Positions 42,511 through 52,026 of a stretch of DNA of 64,000 bases are shown here, one piece after another. The DNA lies in assembly GCA_965242925.1 (NCBI GenBank), contig CBDEUM010000038.1, positions 1-64,000 of the forward strand, read 5' to 3'. The notes under the pieces were generated by a model. That model saw only the letters and a list, made by a program, of their open reading frames with translations, ran no database searches and had not been told where the DNA came from. The translations under genes and the position numbers were made by a program. Positions within the stretch are counted from its first letter, which is position 1. Each line of letters begins with the position of its first letter. This DNA comes from Roseibacillus sp. (GTDB lineage Bacteria; Verrucomicrobiota; Verrucomicrobiia; Verrucomicrobiales; Akkermansiaceae).

Positions 42511-43329
42511 GTGAACTGGATTCCCGCAGCTGAATTTGAAGATATTCGCTATGAAAAGGGCGAAGACGGACAGATCGCCAAGGTGACCATCAACCGTCCC
42601 GAGGTGCGCAACGCCTTTCGGCCGCTGACCGTGAAGGAGCTTCTGCATGCTTTCGAACTTGCTCATGAAGATGAGGAAGTGGGAGTGGTGATCCTTTGCG
42701 GCGAAGGAGAGAAGGCCTTCTGTTCGGGAGGCGATCAGAAAGTGCGCGGCGAAGGAGGATATGTGGGAGGGGACGGTGTTCCCCGGCTCAACATATTGGA
42801 CTTGCAGAAGAAGATCCGGAGCCTGCCAAAACCGGTGGTGGCCATGGTCGCCGGCTACGCAATAGGAGGCGGGCACGTTCTGCATGTGGTGTGTGATCTG
42901 ACGATCGCGGCGGATAATGCGTGCTTCGGGCAGACCGGTCCCAGGGTGGGGAGTTTCGACGGTGGGCTCGGATCGAGCTATCTCGCGCGTATTGTGGGAC
43001 AGAAGAAGGCGCGTGAAATCTGGTTCCTGTGTCGCCAGTATGATGCCGCCCAAGCCCTTGAAATGGGGCTCGTGAACGAGGTTGTGGCACTTGCGGAACT
43101 GGAGGAGACCACTGTGCAATGCTGCCGCGAAATCCTGCAGCACTCGCCTCTGGCACTGCGCTGCCTCAAGGCGGCTCTCAACGCGGATTGCGACGGCCAG
43201 ATGGGACTGCTCGATTTTGCCGGCAACGCCACTCTGCTCTATTACCTCACCGAGGAAGCGCAGGAAGGAAAGGAGGCCTTCCTGGAGAAGCGTCCCCCGG
43301 ATTTCAGAAAGTTCCCCCGTTTTCCATAA
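42511..43329 (+). CDS. menB: 1,4-dihydroxy-2-naphthoyl-CoA synthase
   Basis: [52 protein letters not shown]. Confidence 0.96.
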   Translation: MNWIPAAEFEDIRYEKGEDGQIAKVTINRPEVRNAFRPLTVKELLHAFELAHEDEEVGVVILCGEGEKAFCSGGDQKVRGEGGYVGGDGVPRLNILDLQKKIRSLPKPVVAMVAGYAIGGGHVLHVVCDLTIAADNACFGQTGPRVGSFDGGLGSSYLARIVGQKKAREIWFLCRQYDAAQALEMGLVNEVVALAELEETTVQCCREILQHSPLALRCLKAALNADCDGQMGLLDFAGNATLLYYLTEEAQEGKEAFLEKRPPDFRKFPRFP

Positions 43330-43338
43330 CTGGAAGAG

Positions 43339-44211
43339 ATGCTGAAGAGCTATTTCCTCGCGGCCCGTCCCAGGACCCTGCCGGCCGCCATTGTTCCGGT
43401 TTGGGTGGGGTGCGTCCTAGCCTGGAAATTTGTGGGGGGGTTAGACTGGGTTCTTGCCCTCTTCACCCTGCTTGGCGCTCTTTGCGTTCAGATTGCGACG
43501 AATTTTTTCAACGATGCCATTGATCACGAGAAAGGAGCGGATACCCGGGAGCGCCTGGGCCCACAGCGGGCAACTGCCGGGGGTCTGTTGTCCCGGCGGG
43601 CGGTCTATGGTGGGGCGTTCATTTTTCTGTTTCTGGCCTTCCTTGCCTCCGTGCCCCTCATTCAATCCCGGGGCTGGGTCATTATTGCGATTGGATTGCC
43701 GTCCCTCTACCTGACCTACGGCTATACCGGTGGTCCCGTTCCGCTGGCTTACCTCGGATTGGGTGAGCTTTTTGTGATCCTATTTTTCGGAATGGTGGCA
43801 GTGGGTGGAACCTTTTACGTCCAGACTGGAGAATGGCTCTGGCCTGCGGGCGTGGTGGGCCTGCAGGTGGGATTGCTCAGTGCGGTCCTCATCGCCATCA
43901 ACAATCTGCGCGACTTGAAGGAGGACCGGGAAAGTGGAAAAAAAACGGTGGCAGTTCGCCTGGGTCCGGGGGTGCTCCAGCAAATGGCCGGTGGATTTGT
44001 CATCCTGGCCATGATCCTCAGTCTCTGCGGGCATTATTATGGGGCAGGCTGGTTCTTTTTGCTCAGCGTTCCATGGTTCGCGGTGGGAGTGACCTGCATA
44101 TGCGGGGTAAAGGCCTCGCCTCCCGGACGGCACTACAATCGTTACCTCGCAGGCGCGGCCCTGCAGCTTGTGCTTTTTGCGGTTCTCTTCACCGTGGCGG
44201 TTGCGATTTAG
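43339..44211 (+). CDS. menA: DHNA polyprenyltransferase
   Basis: AARPRTL, NFFNDAID..KGAD, YTGGP.PLAY.GLGE, NNLRD..ED...K.T.AVRLG. Confidence 0.93.
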   Translation: MLKSYFLAARPRTLPAAIVPVWVGCVLAWKFVGGLDWVLALFTLLGALCVQIATNFFNDAIDHEKGADTRERLGPQRATAGGLLSRRAVYGGAFIFLFLAFLASVPLIQSRGWVIIAIGLPSLYLTYGYTGGPVPLAYLGLGELFVILFFGMVAVGGTFYVQTGEWLWPAGVVGLQVGLLSAVLIAINNLRDLKEDRESGKKTVAVRLGPGVLQQMAGGFVILAMILSLCGHYYGAGWFFLLSVPWFAVGVTCICGVKASPPGRHYNRYLAGAALQLVLFAVLFTVAVAI

Positions 44212-44248
44212 CGGTGCGAATTCCACATGAGAGGCTAGATTTACCCAC

Positions 44249-45202
44249 GTGCGAGAGCCGATTCATGTATGGCGTTACGCCCTGAAGAGCAGGGCGGAGC
44301 TCAATGCGGTCTCGGGGCGGACGGAGTATGAAGGGGCTCTCATCCGTATTGGTGACGGTTTTGGATGCCTTCATCCCTGGCCCGAACTGGGAGATCCGGG
44401 ACTGGAAGATCTTCTCGCCGAACTGTGCAATGATGCGGTGGTGTCAGGGCTTGCGAAGGAGGCGGTGAGCATGTCTACCCTCGACGCCCGCTGGCGTCAC
44501 AGGGGGGAGTCGATGCTCGATGAGGCGGAGCAGGACATTCCGGAAAGTCATGCAACACTTCCCGAGTGCACCGTGGAGACGGTGACGGAGGCGGTTGGCA
44601 GGGGGTTTTCGGTGATGAAAGTGAAGGGTCGTCGCGACTTTCCGGAATTGGCCGAACGGATCGATGAGTTATCGCGTCACTGGCCGCATTTGATGTGGCG
44701 GATCGACTTCAATGAAGTCCTTACCAGGGATGAGACTCTCGAATTCGCCCGGGGGATGACGGATCACGCAAGGAAGCGGATCGATTTCCTGGAAGATCCC
44801 TGTCCCTGGAAGGAAGAGGATTGGGAGGAGATCCGGCGTGTTGCCCGACTCCAACTGGCTCTTGACCGCAGGGTTTGCTGGCCGGCTCCAGGCGCAGACG
44901 TTCTGGTAATCAAGCCGGCACGGGGTGATGTCGCTACGAGTCTCTGGGAAAGCAAGAGGTTGGTATTTACCAGTAACATGGATCATCCGCTGGGGCAGTG
45001 CTTTGCGGCCTGGCGGGCTGGACAGCTGGTATCCAGTGGATCAACGGTGGACATCTGCGGACTGCAGACGCACGAGCTCTTCGAGCCTAACGAGTTTTCC
45101 GAGCGACTCGGGACGGCGAAACCCCGCTTTACTTCGCCCGGTGGGACCGGATTGGGATTTGATGACCTGTTGGAAAAGTTGCCATGGAAGCGTCTGACTT
45201 GA
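44249..45202 (+). CDS. menC: o-succinylbenzoate synthase (enolase superfamily)
   Basis: LHPWPELGD, KVK, RIDFN, FLEDP, ALD, VIKP; located in the men operon. Confidence 0.8.
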   Translation: MREPIHVWRYALKSRAELNAVSGRTEYEGALIRIGDGFGCLHPWPELGDPGLEDLLAELCNDAVVSGLAKEAVSMSTLDARWRHRGESMLDEAEQDIPESHATLPECTVETVTEAVGRGFSVMKVKGRRDFPELAERIDELSRHWPHLMWRIDFNEVLTRDETLEFARGMTDHARKRIDFLEDPCPWKEEDWEEIRRVARLQLALDRRVCWPAPGADVLVIKPARGDVATSLWESKRLVFTSNMDHPLGQCFAAWRAGQLVSSGSTVDICGLQTHELFEPNEFSERLGTAKPRFTSPGGTGLGFDDLLEKLPWKRLT

Positions 45203-46305
45203 GAGGATCGGCTTTCTGGGAGTCTGGTGACTGTCGGGTTCTGGCTCCGCCCCACCTTGAGCAGGAGGGGGTTGAGCTGGGCAGGAAACTGGCAGGGGAA
45301 GATGCGGTTGTCTTTGCCACCTCCGGGTCCTGTGGATTGCCCAAGTGGGTGCTCTTCCGTCGCGCGGCCCTTCTTTCCTCGGCCGAGGCTGTGAATCGCC
45401 ACCTCCAGGTCACCTCCGATGATCTCCTTCTGGTTCCTCTTCCGTTATATCACGTGGGTGGATTTGGGATGGCGGCCCGGGCTTATGTTGCCGGGTGTGC
45501 GCTGCGCCGGTTCCCTGGCAGTTGGGATGCGCTGCGATTCGCGGAGGAACTGGAGAAACAGGAGTGCACTCTTACTTCACTGGTGCCCACCCAGGTACAC
45601 GACCTTGTTGCCTGCGAACTGAAAGCTCCGTCCTCATTGCGGGCGGTGGTGGTGGGCGGAGCTGGCATGGATGAAAGGGAGGGGCAGGCGGCCCGTGACC
45701 TTGGTTGGCCTCTCCTTCAAAGTTACGGAATGACGGAGGCAGCCTCTCAGGTGGCTACCGATTTGCCGGGAAACCTCAGCCAGGACTTTCGGGTGGCGCC
45801 ACTTTCAATCCTCTCGGGCTGGGAGTGCCGGGTGGGGGAGAATGGATGCCTCCAGTTGCGCGGGAAGGCCCTTTTCGAGTGTTACCTCCAGTGGGAGAAC
45901 GGCCAGATGTGTCGCAACGGGAAGAAGGATGGGGAGGGTTGGTTTGCCAGCAGCGATCTGGTGGAGTTAAGAGGAACAGAGCTCACCATGCGCGGCCGGG
46001 CGGATCGGAGGATCAAGATTCTGGGGGAATTGGTTGACGTGCAGGCCTTGGAAGGGGAACTGCGTGCGCTTCTCGAAAAGGGCGAAGTTCATGTTCTTCC
46101 TGTGCCCGATGGGCGCCGGGGCTGGCGCCTCCTGCCCGTGGTTGAACAGGGAAGTGGCGAAGTGGGGCATTTCGTCCGGATACTCAACCAGAGGATGCCC
46201 GGATTTTCCCGGCTGGAGCCGGTGTGCGTGGTTGAGCGTTTGCCCCGGACAGATCTGGGCAAAATCGACGTGGCCGTCCTCCGTGAAGAAATTGAGGAAA
46301 GATAG
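45184..46305 (+). CDS. menE: o-succinylbenzoate-CoA ligase
   Basis: ATSGSCGLPK, LPLYHVGG, SLVPTQ, SYGMTEAASQ, GRADR.IKILGE, LPRT.LGK. Confidence 0.88.
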   Translation: MEASDLRGSAFWESGDCRVLAPPHLEQEGVELGRKLAGEDAVVFATSGSCGLPKWVLFRRAALLSSAEAVNRHLQVTSDDLLLVPLPLYHVGGFGMAARAYVAGCALRRFPGSWDALRFAEELEKQECTLTSLVPTQVHDLVACELKAPSSLRAVVVGGAGMDEREGQAARDLGWPLLQSYGMTEAASQVATDLPGNLSQDFRVAPLSILSGWECRVGENGCLQLRGKALFECYLQWENGQMCRNGKKDGEGWFASSDLVELRGTELTMRGRADRRIKILGELVDVQALEGELRALLEKGEVHVLPVPDGRRGWRLLPVVEQGSGEVGHFVRILNQRMPGFSRLEPVCVVERLPRTDLGKIDVAVLREEIEER

Positions 46306-46319
46306 GGATTGCGCTCCCG

Positions 46320-46347
46320 TTGACAGAGGCGAACGAGTAATTAGACT
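46320..46347 (+). promoter_or_regulatory. Putative sigma70 promoter
   Basis: TTGACA, 16-nt spacer, TAGACT, ending 9 nt before GTG 46357. Confidence 0.55.
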
Positions 46348-46356
46348 TCTCTTCCC

Positions 46357-46956
46357 GTGAGGAACAAGCACCTATGCCTTTGTCTTCTGCTGGCCTTTGT
46401 TCTGGGGCCGGTATTCAGTGGCTGTTCGGGTCGCGGGAGAGCGTACAAGGAGTCCCGGCGGTCGCCCTCATGGGCGAGGGTAATCAAGCAGGAACTGCAA
46501 GCCCTTGGCTATCGGAACTGGATCGTGATCGGGGATGCCGCCTTTCCGCTCCACAGCCGCCCCGGGGTGCGCACCATTTTTATCAATGATGAAATTCCGA
46601 TAGTTCTGCAGGAGGTGCTTGATGAATTGGAACGTGTGCAGAATGTGAGCCCGAGAATTTACCTGGCACGTGAGCTGGCAGAAATTCCAAACGATCGCGC
46701 GCCCGGGATCGGACAGTATCGACGTAGGATCGAAGGGGCCTTGCGCGGTTATCCCGCGCGGGAAATGGAATTCCGATCGCTCTCTCTCCTGCTTGAGGAT
46801 AGCGCCAACAAATTCACAGTTCTAGTGTTCAAGACTAGTACGGCTCTTCCCTATTCGGGAATCTTCATTGAATTGGATAGCGGTTACTGGGATCCGGAAT
46901 CCGAGCGGGATATGCGGGAGCGACTGGAAAAGAAACTCCGCATCGAATCGACCTAG
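46357..46956 (+). CDS. RbsD/FucU-like domain lipoprotein
   Basis: Lipobox VFSG-C; LGYRNWIVIGDAAFP resembles the RbsD/FucU N-terminal motif; KT..ALPYS at the C-terminus. Confidence 0.65.
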   Translation: MRNKHLCLCLLLAFVLGPVFSGCSGRGRAYKESRRSPSWARVIKQELQALGYRNWIVIGDAAFPLHSRPGVRTIFINDEIPIVLQEVLDELERVQNVSPRIYLARELAEIPNDRAPGIGQYRRRIEGALRGYPAREMEFRSLSLLLEDSANKFTVLVFKTSTALPYSGIFIELDSGYWDPESERDMRERLEKKLRIEST

Positions 46957-46965
46957 TTCCTCTCC

Positions 46966-47286
46966 ATGAAGCACAACGAAGAACAGTTGACCCGGGAGCG
47001 GGAAGAAGCCTGGATAGGTGATGCAGTCCTTGCGCTTTTTGTGCGGGAGTGGATCCTGAAGGAGGATGAAGAGCTTGATGGAGACAAGTTCATCCGGTTC
47101 ACCTCCAATGAATTCCTGCGAGCGACCGGTAATCCGACCCGGGTGGAGGCCGGCATCGGACGGATCTACCGGAGTGAGGGGCTGCAGGGAGCCTTTGATT
47201 TCATTCGCGGGAATCTCCTCCCGATATTCCTGCGACAGGAGAAGGTGCGCGAGCGACGTTTGGGGAGTGGGAATCTCAGGGGCTGA
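46966..47286 (+). CDS. Very short RNase III-domain protein (Mini-III-like)
   Basis: AWIGDAVLALFVRE, SNEFL, T.VEA.IG.IY; no dsRBD. Confidence 0.7.
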   Translation: MKHNEEQLTREREEAWIGDAVLALFVREWILKEDEELDGDKFIRFTSNEFLRATGNPTRVEAGIGRIYRSEGLQGAFDFIRGNLLPIFLRQEKVRERRLGSGNLRG

Positions 47287-47932
47287 GCCGTGACATCTTC
47301 CATCCCTCATCTTCCCGGGTGTAGGACAGTCGGTCATGGATCCTGTTGGGGCGGCCCTGCCAGAACTCAATGTAAAAAGGGTTGACCCGGTAACCGCCCC
47401 AGAAGGGAGGGAGGGGGACTTCCGTGCCCTCGGGCCACTTGGCCAGCAACTCCGCTTCGCGTTGCTGGAGGTGGGCCCGATTAGGAATCACGGAGGTCTG
47501 GTTCTCCGAAACCCAGGCGCCGATCTTGGCTCCGTGTGGCCTGTCATGAAAGTAGTCCCTGGATTCATGTTCGCTCGTCCTGCTCACCGTTCCACGGATG
47601 ATGACCTGTCGCTCGAGCTCCCGCCAGTGGATGACGAGAGAAGCCTCGGGATTGGCTTCCAGGTCGCGGGCCTTACGTGATCCGTAGTTTGTGAAAAAGC
47701 AGAAGCCACCCTCGTCAAGACCCTTGAGGAGGACGATGCGGGCGGAGGGTCGGCCGTCGGCGTCGGCAGTGGCCAGGGTCATCGCGTTGGGTTCGACGAC
47801 TTCGGCGTCCACCGCCTCGTCTAGCCATTTGTCAAATTGGGGGAAGGGGGCGAGAGCGGCGTCCTCTTCGGTCAGACCGTCTCTGGAGTAATTTTCGCGC
47901 AGTTCGGACAGGATGGCTCGATGCTTGCTCAT
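47276..47932 (-). CDS. pdxH: Pyridoxamine 5'-phosphate oxidase
   Basis: EPNAMTLAT, PSARIVLLK, FFTNYGSRK, ERQV, WGGY, EFWQGRPNRIHDR. Confidence 0.95.
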   Translation of the reverse strand: MSKHRAILSELRENYSRDGLTEEDAALAPFPQFDKWLDEAVDAEVVEPNAMTLATADADGRPSARIVLLKGLDEGGFCFFTNYGSRKARDLEANPEASLVIHWRELERQVIIRGTVSRTSEHESRDYFHDRPHGAKIGAWVSENQTSVIPNRAHLQQREAELLAKWPEGTEVPLPPFWGGYRVNPFYIEFWQGRPNRIHDRLSYTREDEGWKMSRLSP

Positions 47933-48017
47933 TCGGTTGTCTATATACCTACCCGGATCTGAAATCAGGAGAATAATTGCTTCGGCCGTGATGGGATCAG
48001 TCGTAGCGTTGCTGGAG

Positions 48018-49730
48018 ATGCGGATCTCGGTGGTCATCCCGGTCCATGAAGACCGGTTGGAGGTGTGCGAACTGGCATTACGTCTGGAGCTTCAGGAAGG
48101 GGACGAATTGATCGTGGTGGATTCCTCTTGCTGCGATCCCGTCCAGCGAGACGATCTGCCCGGGGGAGCGAAACTCATGCACTCCACCGGGATCAACCGG
48201 GCCCATCAGCAAAACCTGGGAGCAGGGAAGGCTCACGGGGAGATTCTTTTGTTTCTTCATGCCGACATGACTCTACCCGTTGGTTCCCTGGTTCGCCTGC
48301 GTGAATCCATGATGGACGAGGGCGTGGCAGGTGGTGGCTTCCTGCGCTACTTTGACTCGCCGTCGAAGTTCCTCCGATGGACATGTCGACTGGCGGCCTT
48401 GCGCAGTGGTCTTCTCGGATGGTTTCTGGGCGATCAGGCGCTCTTTGTGCGGAGAGAGGCCTTCGAGAGGGTGGGGGGATTCAGGCTACTCGTCGCCTTC
48501 GAGGACTTTGATCTCTGCCGACGGTTGAAGAGGCTGGGCCGATTGCGTGTCCTCACTCCTCCTGTAATCTCCTCGGCGCGGCGTTTTGCAGCAGGAGAGG
48601 TTCGGCGCAGTCTGCAGGATTTTCTCCTTGTTTTGCGTTATTGTATCCAGGGAAAAAAGCCATTCCGATGGATACGCACCGAAGAAATGAAAAAGGAATG
48701 GGAGCCTCCGGGCAGTGATGCCGGGATGGAGAATGTTGCTGGAGAAGTTGAGACCCGGGAAGTTGCAACGTCGGTGAATACGTTTGACAGGGTTCTTGAC
48801 GAAGAGGGGGTGTCGCTGCAGAGGATTTTTCCGGAGGTGTTGCAGATCAATGTCGGCAAACTCTGCAACCTGACCTGCATTCACTGCCATGTGGATGCGG
48901 GGCCAAAGCGGCGGGAGATCATGACGCGCGAGACCGTGGAAGGCATTCTCAAATGGCTGGACGGGCCGGGTGCAGAGGTCGGAACGGTGGATCTCACCGG
49001 TGGCGCTCCGGAGATGATCCCGGACTTCCGTTACCTCGTCACGGAAGTGAAGAGCCGTGGCCGGCATGTCGTGGATCGCTGCAACCTCACCATTCTTCTG
49101 GAGAGTGGTTACGAGGATCTGGCAGAGTTCCTGCAAGGGCACGAAGTGGAAATTGTGGCATCCATGCCCTGTTACGAACCCGATAATGTGGAACAACAAC
49201 GGGGGGAGGGGGTCTTCGATGCCAGCATCAAGGCCCTGCAACTGCTCAACCACCTCGGCTACGGCCGGGAGGATTCGCTTCCACTTCACCTCGTCTACAA
49301 TCCCAACGGAGCCTTCCTTCCGGGCGATCAGTCCGAACTGGAAGCAGCCTACAAGGAGCAATTACGCAAAGTCTTCGGGATCGAATTCCACAGGCTATAC
49401 ACCATCACGAATCTTCCGATTGCGCGTTTTGCGTCCTGGTTGCGGCACAATAACGGGTTCGAGGACTACATGGGCGTGCTTCGTGACGGATTCAATCCGT
49501 CCACGGTGGAGGGATTGATGTGTCGCAATACCATCAGCGTGGGCTGGCGGGGTGAAGTGTACGATTGCGACTTCAATCAGCAACTGGGCATGCAGTTGAG
49601 TAACGGGAAGCCACTCTTCCTGAGGGAGCTCGATCTCACTGAGTTCGCCGAATTGAAAATTCTCACCGCAGAGCACTGCTTCGGATGCACCGCGGGAGCA
49701 GGATCGAGTTGCGGTGGAGCGCTCGTGTGA
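48018..49730 (+). CDS. arsS: TIGR04283-type GT2 glycosyltransferase fused in frame to an ArsS-type (TIGR04167/DUF3641) radical SAM protein
   Basis: GT part: ISVVIP, RAHQQNLGA, LFLHAD, GDQALF, EDF, SARRF. rSAM part from about 48687: LQINVGKLCNLTCIHCHVDAGP, DLTGGAPE, ASMPCY, LVYNP, LMCR, YDCDFNQ, HCFGCTAGAGSSCGG. Confidence 0.85.
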   Translation: MRISVVIPVHEDRLEVCELALRLELQEGDELIVVDSSCCDPVQRDDLPGGAKLMHSTGINRAHQQNLGAGKAHGEILLFLHADMTLPVGSLVRLRESMMDEGVAGGGFLRYFDSPSKFLRWTCRLAALRSGLLGWFLGDQALFVRREAFERVGGFRLLVAFEDFDLCRRLKRLGRLRVLTPPVISSARRFAAGEVRRSLQDFLLVLRYCIQGKKPFRWIRTEEMKKEWEPPGSDAGMENVAGEVETREVATSVNTFDRVLDEEGVSLQRIFPEVLQINVGKLCNLTCIHCHVDAGPKRREIMTRETVEGILKWLDGPGAEVGTVDLTGGAPEMIPDFRYLVTEVKSRGRHVVDRCNLTILLESGYEDLAEFLQGHEVEIVASMPCYEPDNVEQQRGEGVFDASIKALQLLNHLGYGREDSLPLHLVYNPNGAFLPGDQSELEAAYKEQLRKVFGIEFHRLYTITNLPIARFASWLRHNNGFEDYMGVLRDGFNPSTVEGLMCRNTISVGWRGEVYDCDFNQQLGMQLSNGKPLFLRELDLTEFAELKILTAEHCFGCTAGAGSSCGGALV

Positions 49731-49832
49731 GAAGAAACCCTTCCCAGGTGTCGCGGAAGTTGCATGGCCCACCGGTAGACTCTCAGGGAGTCGACCTGCA
49801 GGACCTGGGGAAACTGGCTGATCGGGATGCCT

Positions 49833-50552
49833 TTATTCTGCTGAAGAATCGACGATGCCATACTTGGCAAAGGCGTTTTCCATATCTGTTCCAGCCTCTT
49901 CCATTTCGCCTCCCAGTTCTCCCATCGTCTGGCCCCAATCCTGCATACTCAGCAAGAAGCCAGGGTCCTCCGCTACTTTTTCAGAGAACCACTCTCCCAC
50001 CGCTTCCTGACCGCCGGTCAGAATATCGATGGGAATGGGCATTTCTTCCAGGTGAGCGGTCATGTCGGCGGTTGCGTCCCGGAATTGCTCACTCGGTTCC
50101 TTGAGGTCTTCAGGCAGTCCTTCCGTTTTGACAGTCTTCAACTTGTCGCTCAGGGCATTCAGGTCACGCAACATGTCGAGCATTGCCAACGGATTCTGGC
50201 CTCTCCCTTCTTCCCAGTTTTCCATTCTCTTGATGAGTTTCAGAATGCCCTTATCCCTGAGTTCCGTCGTGAAGGCGACAACAGCCGGAGGAGTCGAGGT
50301 ATTGGCCTCGTTGTCCGTTGCTTCCTCCGGGGCCTCTGGCTCAACCGGTGCGGGTTCTTTTTCCGGGGCAGGTTTTACGGCGGCTTGCCCGGAACCAGTT
50401 TCTTTCGGGGGAGCACTGAACTTGGGCCTGCCACCGGGGCTCTCTTTTTTGTCGGGTGGATCCTGGGCAGATGGATCGTCCTCCTTGCCGCATGAATTCA
50501 GGAACACGAGGCTGAAGCAGAGGGCTGACAGGATTAAAAGTTGTTTCTTCAT
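49833..50552 (-). CDS. Hypothetical lipoprotein
   Basis: MKKQLLILSALCFSLVFLNS-C lipobox, Pro/Glu linker, helical acidic domain. Confidence 0.7.
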   Translation of the reverse strand: MKKQLLILSALCFSLVFLNSCGKEDDPSAQDPPDKKESPGGRPKFSAPPKETGSGQAAVKPAPEKEPAPVEPEAPEEATDNEANTSTPPAVVAFTTELRDKGILKLIKRMENWEEGRGQNPLAMLDMLRDLNALSDKLKTVKTEGLPEDLKEPSEQFRDATADMTAHLEEMPIPIDILTGGQEAVGEWFSEKVAEDPGFLLSMQDWGQTMGELGGEMEEAGTDMENAFAKYGIVDSSAE

Positions 50553-50637
50553 GGATGCCTGACTAGCCACTTTTTTGAGGGTTATGGCGAGAAAATTTCC
50601 TATGGACGACTGAAATCAGGACTGCAGGATTTGTGGT

Positions 50638-51378
50638 TTACTCCCCAGGTGGCAGTGGGATGGTGAGCTGGCGGTGGAGTGCTTTCCTGGCAATCCTGGT
50701 GACCAGGATCGTGAGGATGAGGGTGGCGAGGAGGCCGAGACCGTAGAGAGTCCACTGGGAGGAGGTCTTTACGCCACCTGTCCCGGATGCGAGGGAAGCA
50801 ATGCTGCCCGCGAGGGAACCGAGGTAGACGTACATGAAGGTGCCCGGCAGCATGCCGATCCATGAGGCGATGAAGTAGCTCCCGAACTTTACCCGGGTGA
50901 GACCCAGACCGTAGTTGAGCAGGTTGTAGGGAAAGAGGGGAGAGAGACGCAGGAGGAAGACAATCATGGCTCCTTTCCTGCCGATGGCCTCGTTGATGGA
51001 GTGGAAGCGCGGGGAGTCCGCCATCTTTCCGGTGATCCATCCGCGGGCAAGATAACGCCCGATGAGAAAGGCAAGCGAAGCCCCTGTCACGGAAGCGAGA
51101 GAGACGATCACGGTTCCAGTGAATGGTCCGAAGAGAACACCGGCTGCCATCGTGATGAGGAGTCCCGGGACGAAGAGGACGGTGGCGGCGATGTAGAATC
51201 CGGAAAAAGTGACCGCGGTGAGGAAAGGATCGAGTTGTTCAATGTGCTCCAGGAAGGGGACGAGGAGATTCTTTACCCAAGTGCTGAATTTCGCGAACAC
51301 CCCGCCCAGTGATCCCGCAAGCATTGTTCCGGTAGTCAGGGCGAGAACGATCAGGTTTCGCGGTGAATTCAACGTCAT
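50638..51378 (-). CDS. TVP38/TMEM64 (DedA/VTT) family membrane protein
   Basis: YIAATVLFVPG...AGVLFG...GASLAFLIGR...LLRLSPLFPYNLLNYGLG...GMLPGT. Confidence 0.9.
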   Translation of the reverse strand: MTLNSPRNLIVLALTTGTMLAGSLGGVFAKFSTWVKNLLVPFLEHIEQLDPFLTAVTFSGFYIAATVLFVPGLLITMAAGVLFGPFTGTVIVSLASVTGASLAFLIGRYLARGWITGKMADSPRFHSINEAIGRKGAMIVFLLRLSPLFPYNLLNYGLGLTRVKFGSYFIASWIGMLPGTFMYVYLGSLAGSIASLASGTGGVKTSSQWTLYGLGLLATLILTILVTRIARKALHRQLTIPLPPGE

Positions 51379-51480
51379 GTTACAGAGGGATCTCTGGTGT
51401 TGATTCCGGGAGCAGTCACACTGAAGTTTATTCCAATGCTTTGAGTTCCAGAAGCGCAAAGCAGGTGCTTAGATGGGCCC

Positions 51481-52026
51481 GTGCACGACGATATTGAAAA
51501 AGTCCTTATTGACGAGGATGTGATCGAAAAGCGGATCGATGTGCTGGCGGAGCATATCCTGGAGGAGTTCTGCGGTCGCAAGTTCGTAGTGGTGGTGATC
51601 ATGAAGGGAGCCCTGGTTTTTACCGCTGACCTCCTGCGGCGCATGCCCATTCCGCTTGAGATTGAATGTATCAACGTGGCAAGCTACCATGGGGCAACGG
51701 AGAGTTCAGGGCAGGTGGATTTTCTGGATGCGAAACTGCCTCCGGTAGGGGGACGCTCGGTTCTGTTGATCGACGATATTCTCGACACGGGGCGCACCCT
51801 TGCAGCGGTTGGCCAGAAACTGCGCGAGCAGGGGGCCGGGATGGTCAAGTCCTGTGTCCTGCTCAGCAAGGACAAGGAGCGGGCTGCAGAAGTGGAGGCT
51901 GATCACGTGGGGTTTCATATCGAGGATGAATTCGTGGTTGGTTATGGCTTGGACTTCCGGGGTCTCTATCGCAATTTGCCCTTTGTTGGAGTATTGAAGG
52001 AGAAGGTCATCGGAGATCCGCCATGA
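51481..52026 (+). CDS. hpt: Hypoxanthine phosphoribosyltransferase
   Basis: MKGALVF.ADL, SYHG, LLIDDILDTGRTL, FVVGYGLD, YRNLP. Confidence 0.95.
   Translation: MHDDIEKVLIDEDVIEKRIDVLAEHILEEFCGRKFVVVVIMKGALVFTADLLRRMPIPLEIECINVASYHGATESSGQVDFLDAKLPPVGGRSVLLIDDILDTGRTLAAVGQKLREQGAGMVKSCVLLSKDKERAAEVEADHVGFHIEDEFVVGYGLDFRGLYRNLPFVGVLKEKVIGDPP

Noticed and set aside
49700..49730. Possible selenocysteine in the ArsS C-terminal GSS[U/C]GG motif
   Set aside because: The codon is TGC (Cys), not TGA.
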